Assembly: GCA_964632485.1 (NCBI GenBank)
Contig: CAZWDO010000005.1
Location: 146,249-210,248 of the forward strand
Reading direction: 5' to 3'
DNA: 64,000 bases
From: an uncultured bacterium
GTDB lineage: Bacteria; JAGOEH01
A model generated the notes under the pieces. That model was not told the DNA's origin and ran no database searches. It was given only the letters and a program-made list of their open reading frames with translations. Positions 43,253 through 53,704 of this stretch are shown here, piece by piece (within the stretch, counting starts at the first letter, position 1; every line of letters begins with the position of its first letter). A program made the position numbers and the translations under genes.

Positions 43253-45498
43253 TAAAAAGGCCTCCCAACTTGAAAATGGGGTTTCCATCCCGGATTATCG
43301 GCATCGAAACCATAACCAAAATCGAAACCGATGATCCCCATAAACGGAATAACGATTCGCGCTCCGAATCCCATCGATTTTTTCAAATCCAACAGATTAC
43401 TGCGCCGCATTGATTTCCATGAATTACCGGCATCGGCAAAAAGTAAAGCGTAAATCTGGTTCTCTACAATGGGATAAGTGTATTCCAAATTAAAAATGTA
43501 CATCACATTGCCTGCCGTTTCATTTTCCGGATGAATCGACCGATCGTCATACCCTCGAATCTGACCGTCATACGCAGTTCCGCCAATCATGAATTTTTCC
43601 GTATAGGGAACCTGACTCTGCCCCCCATAGGAATCGATATGGCCGAACGTCATTTTAAGCGATAAAACGAACTTGTCAACAGTCGGGTAAAACCAGGAGG
43701 AACGGAATATCTCCTTATGATAATTATAGGACCCTCCCAGGGGCCCGCCGGCGATTTCATAGCTGAACGAATTAATGGAACCGCTATTAGGAAACTCGGG
43801 TTTATCGATCGAGGACCGGGTTATTGAAAAGGTAAGGGAAGAAGTCGTTCGCGGCCATTTTTCATTTTTATAGCCATAAACGTCATTAAAATAAGGAGAA
43901 AAATTTTTAAGTCGCTGTTCATCAAGACGGTACCGCATACTGGCCGAAAAATAATCGTCAGGCCAGGTCAAACGCCGTCCCATCCAGACAGAAAATCCCT
44001 GGAGGTCCTGCTCAAAGGCATCGATCCACTGACGCAACATTTTTCGGAGTTCAAACCCGGCCTGAGTGGGTGTATCCATTAGCCAGGGCTCGGTAAAACC
44101 GATGCTCATATTTTTACGATATTGGCCGAAATCCATATTTAAATCAAGTAATTGACCATTACCCAAAAAATTGGGCATACCAATAGAAAAAGTTCCCACC
44201 AGCTTATCGCGTTCACTCCAACCCGCGCCCAGGGAAACCTGCCCGGTCGGTTTCTCTTCAACCTGGAAGACGATATTGACGTGCCGGTTGTCGATCGGCT
44301 CGACATTGGGCATCACATTGCCAAAAAAATTCAACTGCATGATATCACGAAAGGAACGCATCATATAGGATTGGCGATAGATTTCACCCGGAAAAACGAT
44401 GATCTCACGCCGAATCACCTTTTCTTTGGTTTTTGAATTCCCTTTGATCAGTACTTTATTCACGTAAACCGGATCTTTTTCACTAATGACAAAATTAAAA
44501 TTCAAACGATTACTGTCGATCGTAACCTGATCCTGGATATCGACATACAAATAACCTTCCTCCCGGTAAATATTCCCTAATTCTTCCAGACTTTTTTCAA
44601 ATTTTTCCAGGTTATACCATTCGCCACTGCTGAACTTCATCACTTTTTGTAAAACTTCGGATTTATATTTACTATTGCCTTCAAAAGAAATAGCGCCCAC
44701 TTTGTAGCGGATTCCCTCTTCCACAAAAAGCTTAATGTAAAGGTCTTTAAGGTTCTCCGCATAAACAAGAGAATCTTTGATGATATGGGCATCACGGTAT
44801 CCCTGCTTTTTATAGTATCGGACAATTTTATCCTTGTCTTCAATAAACTGCTCTTCCTTGAACTCGCCACTGCGGAACAAGCTCTTCTTTTTAGTTTTCA
44901 TTTGTTTACGCAGCTTATTAGCGACAATTGCCTGATTACCTATAAAATGGATACCGCGAATACGAACCTTTTGCCCTTCAGCAATAGAAAAAGTCAGTTG
45001 AACCCGGTTGGTATCATTTTCGGGTACATTATATTCAGGTTTGATTTTCGCCTGCAAATACCCTTTTTCCCGATAGAGTTCAAGCATTTTTTCAATATTC
45101 TTTTTAACTTCATTTTGAGAAATGACCATTCCAGGAACCAATGTTATTTTTTCCTTAAGTTTATCCTCTTTAATTTTGGTGTTGCCTTTTATATTGAAAG
45201 ACTTCAAGGTCGGCCATTCCTTGACATAAAAAGTGATTTTATATCCTTCTGGCACTTCGTCACTGGTGACGTAAATATCGGAAAAAAGACCTGCTTTCCA
45301 TAGATTACGGACCCCGGTTTGTAAATCACGGACAAACAGCTTGTTTTCTTTCTTCAATCCCGTATGGACAATCAACATGTTTTCCTGGGATTTTTTACAT
45401 CCCACAATAGCAATTTCCTTAATTATATCTTGGGCCATCAGCGAACCACCCCACAGCAAACAAACGATCAGCAAGTAAAAACGAGAGGGAAAACGCAT
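43252..45498 (-). CDS. bamA: Outer-membrane protein assembly factor BamA
   Basis: POTRA repeats, GNSKTKEKVIRRE, IRGYDD, and the C-terminal FDFGYGFD...HFQVGRPF. Confidence 0.95.
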   Translation of the reverse strand: MRFPSRFYLLIVCLLWGGSLMAQDIIKEIAIVGCKKSQENMLIVHTGLKKENKLFVRDLQTGVRNLWKAGLFSDIYVTSDEVPEGYKITFYVKEWPTLKSFNIKGNTKIKEDKLKEKITLVPGMVISQNEVKKNIEKMLELYREKGYLQAKIKPEYNVPENDTNRVQLTFSIAEGQKVRIRGIHFIGNQAIVANKLRKQMKTKKKSLFRSGEFKEEQFIEDKDKIVRYYKKQGYRDAHIIKDSLVYAENLKDLYIKLFVEEGIRYKVGAISFEGNSKYKSEVLQKVMKFSSGEWYNLEKFEKSLEELGNIYREEGYLYVDIQDQVTIDSNRLNFNFVISEKDPVYVNKVLIKGNSKTKEKVIRREIIVFPGEIYRQSYMMRSFRDIMQLNFFGNVMPNVEPIDNRHVNIVFQVEEKPTGQVSLGAGWSERDKLVGTFSIGMPNFLGNGQLLDLNMDFGQYRKNMSIGFTEPWLMDTPTQAGFELRKMLRQWIDAFEQDLQGFSVWMGRRLTWPDDYFSASMRYRLDEQRLKNFSPYFNDVYGYKNEKWPRTTSSLTFSITRSSIDKPEFPNSGSINSFSYEIAGGPLGGSYNYHKEIFRSSWFYPTVDKFVLSLKMTFGHIDSYGGQSQVPYTEKFMIGGTAYDGQIRGYDDRSIHPENETAGNVMYIFNLEYTYPIVENQIYALLFADAGNSWKSMRRSNLLDLKKSMGFGARIVIPFMGIIGFDFGYGFDADNPGWKPHFQVGRPF

Positions 45499-45744
45499 GT
45501 ATTGTCTCCATTGACAAAGGTTTAAAGCTCAACATCCAAGAGAGGAACAATCTGGAAAGAGAGACCCAACAGCCGATCCAAAAAATTCCGCATGATATCG
45601 GAAGAAATGGGTTTCGCTATCAAGTAAAAATCAACAGTTCTTAAACTCACCAACCGGTTGAAAGTTTCAATAAAATCACCACATTGGCAAGAACCATCAT
45701 CTTTTCAATCATCCATGCGGATAATCATATAATTCAGGTCTCCC

Positions 45745-45773
45745 AATATAATAAAGAAGCATTGAAAAGTCAA
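45745..45773 (-). promoter_or_regulatory. Sigma70-type promoter upstream of bamA
   Basis: Minus strand TTGACT-N17-TATATT. Confidence 0.6.
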
Positions 45774-45928
45774 GCCTAAAGCACACAGCCCAAGACTCAA
45801 ACGATCTGATATAGATTCCATATCTCCAGGGAGCAATCCTCGGAATATCCAGTTAGCTTCAAAGTGAACTATTCCAGAAAACAAAATGCAACAGAAAGAG
45901 AGTAGCTAAAAGGGAATCTAAATCCCAT

Positions 45929-46486
45929 TTATCGAAACTGTTTCCTCTCCGACGAGGGAATGGGAATATTCCAATCGCAACGGCATAGCAGAATAGAGGA
46001 GAAAATGACAAGAGGAATGGAAATTAAAAGACGGATCAGAGTGAACTTGAGTCCTAAAAACGTGGCTTCAAAAGTCGTCATGGGAATACGGCAAACGGCG
46101 GAAGCTCCAATATAAGTCAGTATAACACTTAATTTCGCGCCTTTTCGCCATAAAGCGGCTGCCACCGGGAAAGCGGTGTAAAGCCCTCCAACCGTAGTTC
46201 CCGCCAACAAAATCGCCCAAATAAATCCTTTCATTCCCGATTCCTCTCCCAAATGTCTCTCAACAGTTTCTTTTTTTACCCAGACTTCGAACAAACCGAT
46301 CAATACAAAAACAACCGGGACAATTTTTACCATTACCCAGGAAAAATCCAAAAAATTCCTGCCAATTAACATCCCAGGCCGATAATCAAAAAACCAACTG
46401 CCCAGCAGGAAAAAAGCTCCCGCCACAATCCACCCAATCTTAATCCCGTCGAGATATCGATATGAACATGATTTTAAAAATGCCAC
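45929..46486 (-). CDS. Small permease (DUF318/ArsP-like, split type), subunit 2
   Basis: IGLFEVWV, GGLYTAFPVAAALWRKGA, and FEATFLGLKFTLIR. Confidence 0.8.
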   Translation of the reverse strand: MAFLKSCSYRYLDGIKIGWIVAGAFFLLGSWFFDYRPGMLIGRNFLDFSWVMVKIVPVVFVLIGLFEVWVKKETVERHLGEESGMKGFIWAILLAGTTVGGLYTAFPVAAALWRKGAKLSVILTYIGASAVCRIPMTTFEATFLGLKFTLIRLLISIPLVIFSSILLCRCDWNIPIPSSERKQFR

Positions 46487-46977
46487 GGAAGACTCAATTC
46501 ATGGAAAAAAAATCCGGTGATAACCGCCACTATTAAGGCAATTAATAGACTTATCAAATTGCGAACAATCGTCAATTTTATACCTAAATATTTTTTTTCT
46601 ATTGGATAGGTTACCAATCCTACCATCATCATCGTTGTTGTAAATGCTGAAATCACAAAATAGGAAACTCCTTTTTGCAGTAGAATCCCACAAAGAGGAA
46701 ACGCAATAAAGCCGGGCATCAGGGTGATTGATCCTAAAACTATCGCGACAGCCACCCCACGTACCATATTACGGGTTCCAAGCCACTCAACAATCAAGCT
46801 GTCCGGCACAAGAGTTAGAAATACCGCAACCATAGCGATTAACATCACAAAAGCTGGCAAAATATCGAGAAACCGTTTCGCGGCGATTACAACTGCGCGT
46901 CCTGTTTTTTTCCGGTCCTTGACAAAAGAGATCAGCAGAGCAATACCAGTCAATACATATAAAAACCACACCTTCAA
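46474..46977 (-). CDS. Small permease (DUF318/ArsP-like, split type), subunit 1
   Basis: KDRKKT, GSITLMPGFIAFPL and MMVGLVTYPIEKKYLG. Confidence 0.8.
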   Translation of the reverse strand: MKVWFLYVLTGIALLISFVKDRKKTGRAVVIAAKRFLDILPAFVMLIAMVAVFLTLVPDSLIVEWLGTRNMVRGVAVAIVLGSITLMPGFIAFPLCGILLQKGVSYFVISAFTTTMMMVGLVTYPIEKKYLGIKLTIVRNLISLLIALIVAVITGFFFHELSLPWHF

Positions 46978-47088
46978 CTTCCTTTACAATAAATATTGAT
47001 CATTTCCCTGGCACTCGTATAACATGCAATCGGCTATTTTCGGGTATTGGAGAAATAACAGCATGGGATTCAACTGAATATCATAGGA

Positions 47089-47628
47089 TCAGTCAGAAAT
47101 TTTTTCCAGTTCGGAACTTTGTTTATACAGTCGTCGAATTTCAAGCAATGCTGAATAGTAAGTTGGGGACTGGAAATCCGGAAAGGTCCATGGGAAGGTC
47201 GTAAAACTCCCTTTCCGGTAATAAAGTGTCAGATCGGCATAGACTCCCTGATTGATATGGATTTTCTGCCCACCGAATTTCAACGATGCCAATACAACTT
47301 TCTGGTAATCCAAGTACCCCGGATCAAGATTGAATGGGCGATTCCCCGCGACTGACCGCTCCCATTCCATGGCGTGGGTCATCAGTTTAATCGCGGCAAT
47401 ACTCTCCGGGGCAATTAAGTGTCGAAAAGAAACAAAAAAACGCGATAGCGCAGGCCCCATCTCATTTTCGTAATAATCGGTACACTCGAAATCATACGAT
47501 GGGGAGACGTAATCCACAACTCCCCATAACAAGGAAAGGGTGGTTAAAAGCGCTTCACGCTCGAAATCACGAGGGGTGAGAATCGCAATGAAAAATTTAA
47601 CTGGCGTGACCGGTTTGATTTGCGCCAA
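47089..47628 (-). CDS. DUF4416 family protein
   Basis: TDYYENEMG, RPFNLDPGY, VVLASLK and FPWTFPD. TTG start after AAGGAG. Confidence 0.85.
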   Translation of the reverse strand: MAQIKPVTPVKFFIAILTPRDFEREALLTTLSLLWGVVDYVSPSYDFECTDYYENEMGPALSRFFVSFRHLIAPESIAAIKLMTHAMEWERSVAGNRPFNLDPGYLDYQKVVLASLKFGGQKIHINQGVYADLTLYYRKGSFTTFPWTFPDFQSPTYYSALLEIRRLYKQSSELEKISD

Positions 47629-48436
47629 TGAGCAGACTCCTTGCAAGTTCAAAATAATTGGAATCGATTTGGAAAAACTGCCGGACCGCCTCGGCTGCCG
47701 GCAACTGAATTTTATCAATTCCCTTTTGGGTTGTCAATCGAATATAATTGTTACGTATATAGATACGCCCCCGGTTACGATTGTCGATACGCGTTAAACA
47801 AAGATGACGCATGGATTTTTCATGAAAGGAACCTTTCCAGGCAAGCAGGAACTGTTCCAGTGTTATAGGTACAGAACGAAATCGATAGCGGAATTTACGC
47901 TGATTTTGGTCTCGGGTAAAAAGCTCATAACCATCATTTGTTGGTGATCGTTCGATCTCCACGCAGGTATGATTGGAATAAACGCTACTTGTGGACTGAG
48001 GATTTAATAACAAGGGCTGATCGAACAAATAGCCAGGGTCAATTAACCAGTTCTCTTCGCAGTTTTTGAGTAACAGTCCGCAATGCACGGCAGCGCCCCA
48101 TTTCATATCCATCGTCAATGGAGCGACATCAAAACCAACATAATCCAAAATCGACCAAAGAAAAAAGGTCAATGAATAACAGGTACCCCCAAGATGATGG
48201 TTCCGGTAATCCCACCAGACTTCATCCGGTGATCGCAACCGATCCCACTCGCCGCCGTTTTGGTTGAACTTGATAATCTTGCTTAAGTTTTCATAGGGAA
48301 TCTGACTAAAAGCATCCAGTACAAGCGGTAAACGGGAAAAATCACGAGGCAGAAAAGATATCGCAAAATACTGTAAAAACAAACGAGCGGCTGAATGATA
48401 CTCTGAGGGGTTAAAACGAAGGGTGTGAGGAATCAT
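47597..48436 (-). CDS. Arylamine N-acetyltransferase family protein
   Basis: IPYENL, GGTCY (Cys), VHCGL (His) and WLIDPG (Asp). Confidence 0.85.
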   Translation of the reverse strand: MIPHTLRFNPSEYHSAARLFLQYFAISFLPRDFSRLPLVLDAFSQIPYENLSKIIKFNQNGGEWDRLRSPDEVWWDYRNHHLGGTCYSLTFFLWSILDYVGFDVAPLTMDMKWGAAVHCGLLLKNCEENWLIDPGYLFDQPLLLNPQSTSSVYSNHTCVEIERSPTNDGYELFTRDQNQRKFRYRFRSVPITLEQFLLAWKGSFHEKSMRHLCLTRIDNRNRGRIYIRNNYIRLTTQKGIDKIQLPAAEAVRQFFQIDSNYFELARSLLIGANQTGHAS

Positions 48437-49848
48437 AGAAACTCTTCCCGTTCCAGATTCCGGGCCACATTAATTGAATATTTCTCCAATTTCCGGCGCA
48501 ATGAATCGCGAGTAATCCCCAGCAAACGACATGCGCGGGCCTTGTTGAAATCAGCCAATTTTAATGCGCGGCTAATGACATCGCGTTCAATATTATCCAG
48601 GTTCAAATCATCATATCTCAGTAATGGTTTTTGTGTTTCCTTACGGGTAATTATCGGAAAATGTTTGGGTTGAAGGAAATCTTCATCGCAAAGAATGACC
48701 GCCTGTTCTATAAAATTCCGCAATTCACGAATATTTCCCGGGAATGGATATTCCACCATTTCATTTAAAGTTTCCCGGGTCATTCCCTTGATATCTTTTT
48801 CGAGTTTGCGATTATATTCAGATAAAAAGTATTCAGCCAATCGGACAATATCGTCTTTTCGTTCCCGTAACGGGGGAACATAGATACGAAAAATATTCAG
48901 GCGGTAAAAAAGATCCTGGCGGAACTCTCCCCGTTTGACTTCTTCCTCGAGGTTTTTATTAGTGGCGGCAACCACTCTCAATTTCAGTTTGATAATTTGA
49001 TTGCCTCCCACATACCGAATTTCACGGTTTTCAAGTACCCGCAACAAATTTTTTTGAACGGGTAAAGAGATATCCCCGATTTCATCCAAAAAAATGGTTC
49101 CGCTATTGGCCATTTCAAAAAGGCCTTTACGAGTTGTCTTCGCATCGGTAAACGATCCTTTCTCATGCCCGAAAAGTTCGCTTTCGATGAGGGTTTCCGG
49201 AATTGAGGAGGTATTAACAGGAACAAAGGGACGGTCCGCATTAGCGCTTTCATAGTGAATCGCCCGCGCAATCAATTCCTTACCGGTACCGCTTTCTCCC
49301 TCAATTAAGACCGATGTCTCAGGGAACCGTTGGACTTTGCGGATCATCGACTTAATCTCCGTAATATTTTTACTGTTGCCGATAATCCGTTCCAATCCGG
49401 AATGATCAGCTTTTCTGCGTTCATTCAGGGTATTATTGACAGGCTCGGTTGAAAGCGGGGGAAACGAATCCTGGTAGGAACGCGTACGCTCAATCGCCTT
49501 GAGTAAAAGTTCGAGATCCACGGGTTTCATTAAAAAATCGGTCACGTTCAGCCGGATCGATTGCACGGCCACATCCATATCACCGTGCCCGGTGATAACA
49601 ATAATATCGTTGTCCGAATTCAGATTGCGAATTTTTTCTATAAACGTCAACCCGTCCTCATTGGGCATCTTAATATCCGTGATAATAATATCAATTTTAT
49701 TATACTGGTAGATATTCATGGCATCCTGAGTATCCGCGGCATAAAACACCTTATATCCCTGATCACGCAAAAAATTTCCCATGCTATAATCAATCAGTGG
49801 ATAATCATCCACCAATAATATCGATAATGTAGTTGTAATTTCATTCAT
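48433..49848 (-). CDS. Sigma54-dependent response regulator (NtrC/AtoC family)
   Basis: REC domain, GESGTGKE, ELFGHEKGSFTDA, FLDEIGD, FRQDLFYRLN, PGNIREL and a Fis-type HTH. Confidence 0.95.
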   Translation of the reverse strand: MNEITTTLSILLVDDYPLIDYSMGNFLRDQGYKVFYAADTQDAMNIYQYNKIDIIITDIKMPNEDGLTFIEKIRNLNSDNDIIVITGHGDMDVAVQSIRLNVTDFLMKPVDLELLLKAIERTRSYQDSFPPLSTEPVNNTLNERRKADHSGLERIIGNSKNITEIKSMIRKVQRFPETSVLIEGESGTGKELIARAIHYESANADRPFVPVNTSSIPETLIESELFGHEKGSFTDAKTTRKGLFEMANSGTIFLDEIGDISLPVQKNLLRVLENREIRYVGGNQIIKLKLRVVAATNKNLEEEVKRGEFRQDLFYRLNIFRIYVPPLRERKDDIVRLAEYFLSEYNRKLEKDIKGMTRETLNEMVEYPFPGNIRELRNFIEQAVILCDEDFLQPKHFPIITRKETQKPLLRYDDLNLDNIERDVISRALKLADFNKARACRLLGITRDSLRRKLEKYSINVARNLEREEFL

Positions 49849-50038
49849 AGAGAATCCAAATAACCCATTATGTCAGGAAGCATAGCTACTGTTCCTGAAA
49901 TTTAAAATTAATTCATGTTAGCGAAAATAAGCGCGGTGTCCATTCAAAGCATAAAGCGCCAACTTAAACGCAAAGATCAAATAGTATCCAATTTGGCGGG
50001 AACACACTCTTTAACCGATACTCAGGGGAATGGGCCCT

Positions 50039-50560
50039 CTACATTACCGGAGGTATAGCCTGTTGATACCGGGCGGCCAGTTCGACATATTCCAGCGCAT
50101 TGCGCACATTCGCTTCAATCGTTTCCGCGGAGAGTTCCCGGACAACCTTTGCAGGCACCCCGGCAACCATGGAACCGGGAGGAATTTCGGACCGGGGAGG
50201 GACGACTGCGCCAGCGGCAACCAGACAATTGTCTCCGATTTGCGCCCCATCCAGAACAATAGCTCCCATACCGATCAGACAATTGTTCCCGATACTGGCG
50301 CCATGAATAATGGCTCCATGCCCTATTGTTACTTGTTCTCCGATAGTTACCGGCATATTATAATTGACATGGATCACGCAGTTATCCTGAATATTGGAGC
50401 GAGCGCCAATAAAAATCGGAGCGATGTCGCCCCTGATAACCGCCCCATACCAGACACTGGCATTTTCACCCAGAGTCACCTTGCCGATAACGACAGCGGT
50501 TGAAGCGATAAACACATAGTTTGCTTTATGTATCTCATTTAAAAAATCCAGATTCCTCAC
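50039..50560 (-). CDS. Gamma carbonic anhydrase family protein (YrdA-like)
   Basis: VWYGAVIRGD, SNIQDNCVIH and VTIGHGAIIHG. Confidence 0.92.
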   Translation of the reverse strand: MRNLDFLNEIHKANYVFIASTAVVIGKVTLGENASVWYGAVIRGDIAPIFIGARSNIQDNCVIHVNYNMPVTIGEQVTIGHGAIIHGASIGNNCLIGMGAIVLDGAQIGDNCLVAAGAVVPPRSEIPPGSMVAGVPAKVVRELSAETIEANVRNALEYVELAARYQQAIPPVM

Positions 50561-50577
50561 AATGACGGTGTATCCTT

Positions 50578-52047
50578 TTAAAAAAAAGTTAAATCCAATT
50601 GCTCAAAAGAAGCCAACACCTTTTTTACCCAAATCAGAAGCGTCGCCAACCCCCCCGGCGCATTGCTCTCAATATTAACGACCAATAAAGGTTCATGCAG
50701 TGAAAGCCGGATGAGAACCCATCCATCCAAGTCAGCTTGTTTAAAAGAAACTCGCGCGCCTTCGGTCAGATCGATCGCCAATTTTTCTCTATGGGCGTAT
50801 TCGATAACAGAATCGATGATCTGATTTCCATATTGAATGAATTGAGTATCTCGAATCGGAATACGGTAAACACGACTTTCAGAAGCTTCGGGCAGCGATT
50901 GCAAAACCGTTTCAAATGACTCATTGTTGGCATTTAGCTGAGCAAGGAAAATTAAGAAACGGGCAACGGTGTAGCTGCCGTCATCGGCATACTGATTTTC
51001 CGTAAACATTACGTGGCCAGAGGTTTCTCCTCCGGCAAAACATACGGTTTTAGTTTCATTCAGCCGTTTCATTTCATTACGGATATTCGAATACCCTCGC
51101 TTATACCGATGATGGATGCCACCTAACGACTCGATAAAAGTAGTCAAACCATCAGAAGTGACACTATCAGTAACAATAGTGGAACCCGGACGGTTTCGCA
51201 GAATCATAGCGCTTACCAGAGCCAGCAGATGGTTATGGGCCACCGGGCGCCCGTCCGAAAGCACAATTGCAGCCCGATCTCCATCGGTGTCGAAAATAAT
51301 ACCTAAATCCGCCCGTGAATCCACGACTGCCCGGCACAGATCGGTTAGGGCCGAATCGTCTTCCGGATTGGGAATATGATGAGGGAAATGGCCGTCGGGC
51401 GTCAGATAGAGGCTTTCACGACAATCCGCTCCCAGGGGCTCAAGAATCTTTTCAGCAAAAAATCCGGAAGCGCCATTACCGGCATCGACTAAAATTTTCA
51501 GAGCTGATAAGGGTGTTTCGCCCTGGCCAATTTCCTTACGAATAAAATTTACGCATTGTTCGCTATAAAGGTCTAAAAAATTCCATTCCAAAACCATTCC
51601 GGGCGAACCGCTATATAAATAGCGCTGTTTTTCTTCAACCAGATTCAGTACCAAGCGAACCTCATCTTTGGTGTAACTATCATGGAAGGTAAAAAATTTA
51701 AGACCATTCCATTTTGGAGGCAAATGACTGGCCGTGATCATGATCCCTAAATCTGCAGGATAATGTTGCACGGCTTGAAAAACCATGGGAGTGGTTGCGA
51801 CATTTTTCCAACGGGGCGCAGTAACGAGTAAAACTACCCGAGCGCCCAAAGCTATCAATTGCCGAACCAATATTGATTCAATTGTCCCTCCAGTCAAACG
51901 TGAATCTTTTCCAATCACGATTACCGGGTTGGGACGGTTGAGATGATGCAGGACAGCATGGCATAAATCAGTTAAAAATTCCGTATCGAGATCATAGGTT
52001 CCATGCCCCCGGATATCGGATCCCGATAATAGTCTCAAGGGCTTCAT
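50578..52047 (-). CDS. Phosphomannomutase/phosphoglucomutase
   Basis: SGSDIRG, ITASHLP, FDTDGDR and ETSGH. Confidence 0.92.
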   Translation of the reverse strand: MKPLRLLSGSDIRGHGTYDLDTEFLTDLCHAVLHHLNRPNPVIVIGKDSRLTGGTIESILVRQLIALGARVVLLVTAPRWKNVATTPMVFQAVQHYPADLGIMITASHLPPKWNGLKFFTFHDSYTKDEVRLVLNLVEEKQRYLYSGSPGMVLEWNFLDLYSEQCVNFIRKEIGQGETPLSALKILVDAGNGASGFFAEKILEPLGADCRESLYLTPDGHFPHHIPNPEDDSALTDLCRAVVDSRADLGIIFDTDGDRAAIVLSDGRPVAHNHLLALVSAMILRNRPGSTIVTDSVTSDGLTTFIESLGGIHHRYKRGYSNIRNEMKRLNETKTVCFAGGETSGHVMFTENQYADDGSYTVARFLIFLAQLNANNESFETVLQSLPEASESRVYRIPIRDTQFIQYGNQIIDSVIEYAHREKLAIDLTEGARVSFKQADLDGWVLIRLSLHEPLLVVNIESNAPGGLATLLIWVKKVLASFEQLDLTFF

Positions 52048-52049
52048 GC

Positions 52050-52478
52050 TTAGTCTTCTTCGATTTTGCCCATGGCTTGCAACAGCATTCCAAAATCAAG
52101 CACAATCTGATCGCGGCGATCATCGGGTACTTTCTTCCAGATTTTTTCCCAAATTTCGTCACATTGGTTAAAAATACGATCAAAGACTATTGAACCCTTT
52201 TTCGTCATTTGGACTTGGGTAACCCGATGATCTTCCTTTGCGCTTTTACGTTTCACAAGTCCTTTATTTTCCATACTGGAAACGATACGGGTGATGCGCG
52301 ATTCGCCTAAATCCATTCGTTTGGCTAATTCGCCCATACATGGCTGATCTTTTTCAGCCTTAAAACAGCGGAAAACACGCATTTCTGAACCGGTAAGCTG
52401 ATACTGCGTGGCTAAATCCAGCTCCCGTGATTGACACCAGTCGTTAATCATCTTGATCAGATCGCGGACTTGATCCAT
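52050..52478 (-). CDS. MarR family transcriptional regulator
   Basis: wHTH segment MGELAKRMDLGESRITRIVSSMENKGLV and EDHRV. Confidence 0.88.
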   Translation of the reverse strand: MDQVRDLIKMINDWCQSRELDLATQYQLTGSEMRVFRCFKAEKDQPCMGELAKRMDLGESRITRIVSSMENKGLVKRKSAKEDHRVTQVQMTKKGSIVFDRIFNQCDEIWEKIWKKVPDDRRDQIVLDFGMLLQAMGKIEED

Positions 52479-52510
52479 AGGGACACTCCATTAGTTAAGG
52501 GTTAAACAAA

Positions 52511-53704
52511 TCAAAGGGACAATCGATATTCAATTGCATTCCAAATTTCAATACTACAATCGGCTTTGCTTTGCAGAGGAAAATTAGAGGGTACTTCATC
52601 AGGGGTTAAAATTGTAATTCTATTGGTATCGCCACCAAATTCACTCCCGGGATTCAGCGGATTATTGATGACGATCATATCTAAATTTTTTTGGGTGAGT
52701 TTTTTCCGGCCATATTCTATGACATTTTGAGTTTCCACGGCAAATCCAACCAGGAATTGATCATTTTTTTCGTTGCCGGCCCGGGCGAGTATGTCGGGAT
52801 TTTTAATAAGGGTCAAATTAAGCTGATCCGTTTTTTTAATTTTATGTTCATCGCGATGCGCAGGCCGATAATCGCAAACTGCCGCGGCAGCAACTACAAT
52901 TTTCATCTGCCGGTATTCTCTGAAAAAAGCGGATTCCATTTCTATTGCGCTTCTAACATTAATCAGGCGAATCGGTAGTTGAGTAAAGTCCACATCCGCC
53001 GCGCCACAAATCACAGTCACTTCGGCTCCCCGCTCGCAGGCTGTCTGAGCAAGGGCAAACCCCATTTTACCACTGGAATAATTTGAGATATAACGTACCG
53101 GGTCAAGAGGTTCAACGGTACGTCCGGCAGTAATCAAAACCGATTTGCCCCGCAATGGGCTCGCGGGAAAACTGCTAAGACGATATACCCAATCCCGAAT
53201 CCGCTCTAAAGCGGGAAGACGACCTTTACCGGTTACCCCGCAGGCAAGTTCACCTTCTTCCGGCGGTAACACCCTGGCCCCGATCTCCTTTAATAAAGCC
53301 AGGTTGCGGAGCGCAAGCGGATGTTCATACATATAGTGATTCATTGCCGGACAAAGCAGTAACGGTTTGCGCGGGATGACACTCAACGCAACGCAACTCA
53401 GAAGATCTCCGGCGAATCCATGCGCTAAACGGGCAATCGTATTGGCGGAAGCCGGGACGACCAGCATGATATCCGCCCATTCAGCTAACGAAATATGTTC
53501 AATTTCAAAATTTCCGGACCGTCTAAACATCGAACGATAAACCGAGTTCCGGGTAATGGTTTCTAACGTCGCATCCGTTACAAATTTCGAACCGGCCCGC
53601 GTAACTATACACTTTACGACATGCCCGTCGCATTGAAACAACCGGATTAAACCAGGAATCTTATAAGCGGCAATCGATCCGCTAATCCCAAGAAGAATAT
53701 TCAT
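52511..53704 (-). CDS. coaBC: Phosphopantothenoylcysteine decarboxylase/ligase
   Basis: GISGSIAAYK, PASANTIA, PAMN, LACG, DPVRYISNYSSGKMG and VGFAVET. Confidence 0.96.
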   Translation of the reverse strand: MNILLGISGSIAAYKIPGLIRLFQCDGHVVKCIVTRAGSKFVTDATLETITRNSVYRSMFRRSGNFEIEHISLAEWADIMLVVPASANTIARLAHGFAGDLLSCVALSVIPRKPLLLCPAMNHYMYEHPLALRNLALLKEIGARVLPPEEGELACGVTGKGRLPALERIRDWVYRLSSFPASPLRGKSVLITAGRTVEPLDPVRYISNYSSGKMGFALAQTACERGAEVTVICGAADVDFTQLPIRLINVRSAIEMESAFFREYRQMKIVVAAAAVCDYRPAHRDEHKIKKTDQLNLTLIKNPDILARAGNEKNDQFLVGFAVETQNVIEYGRKKLTQKNLDMIVINNPLNPGSEFGGDTNRITILTPDEVPSNFPLQSKADCSIEIWNAIEYRLSL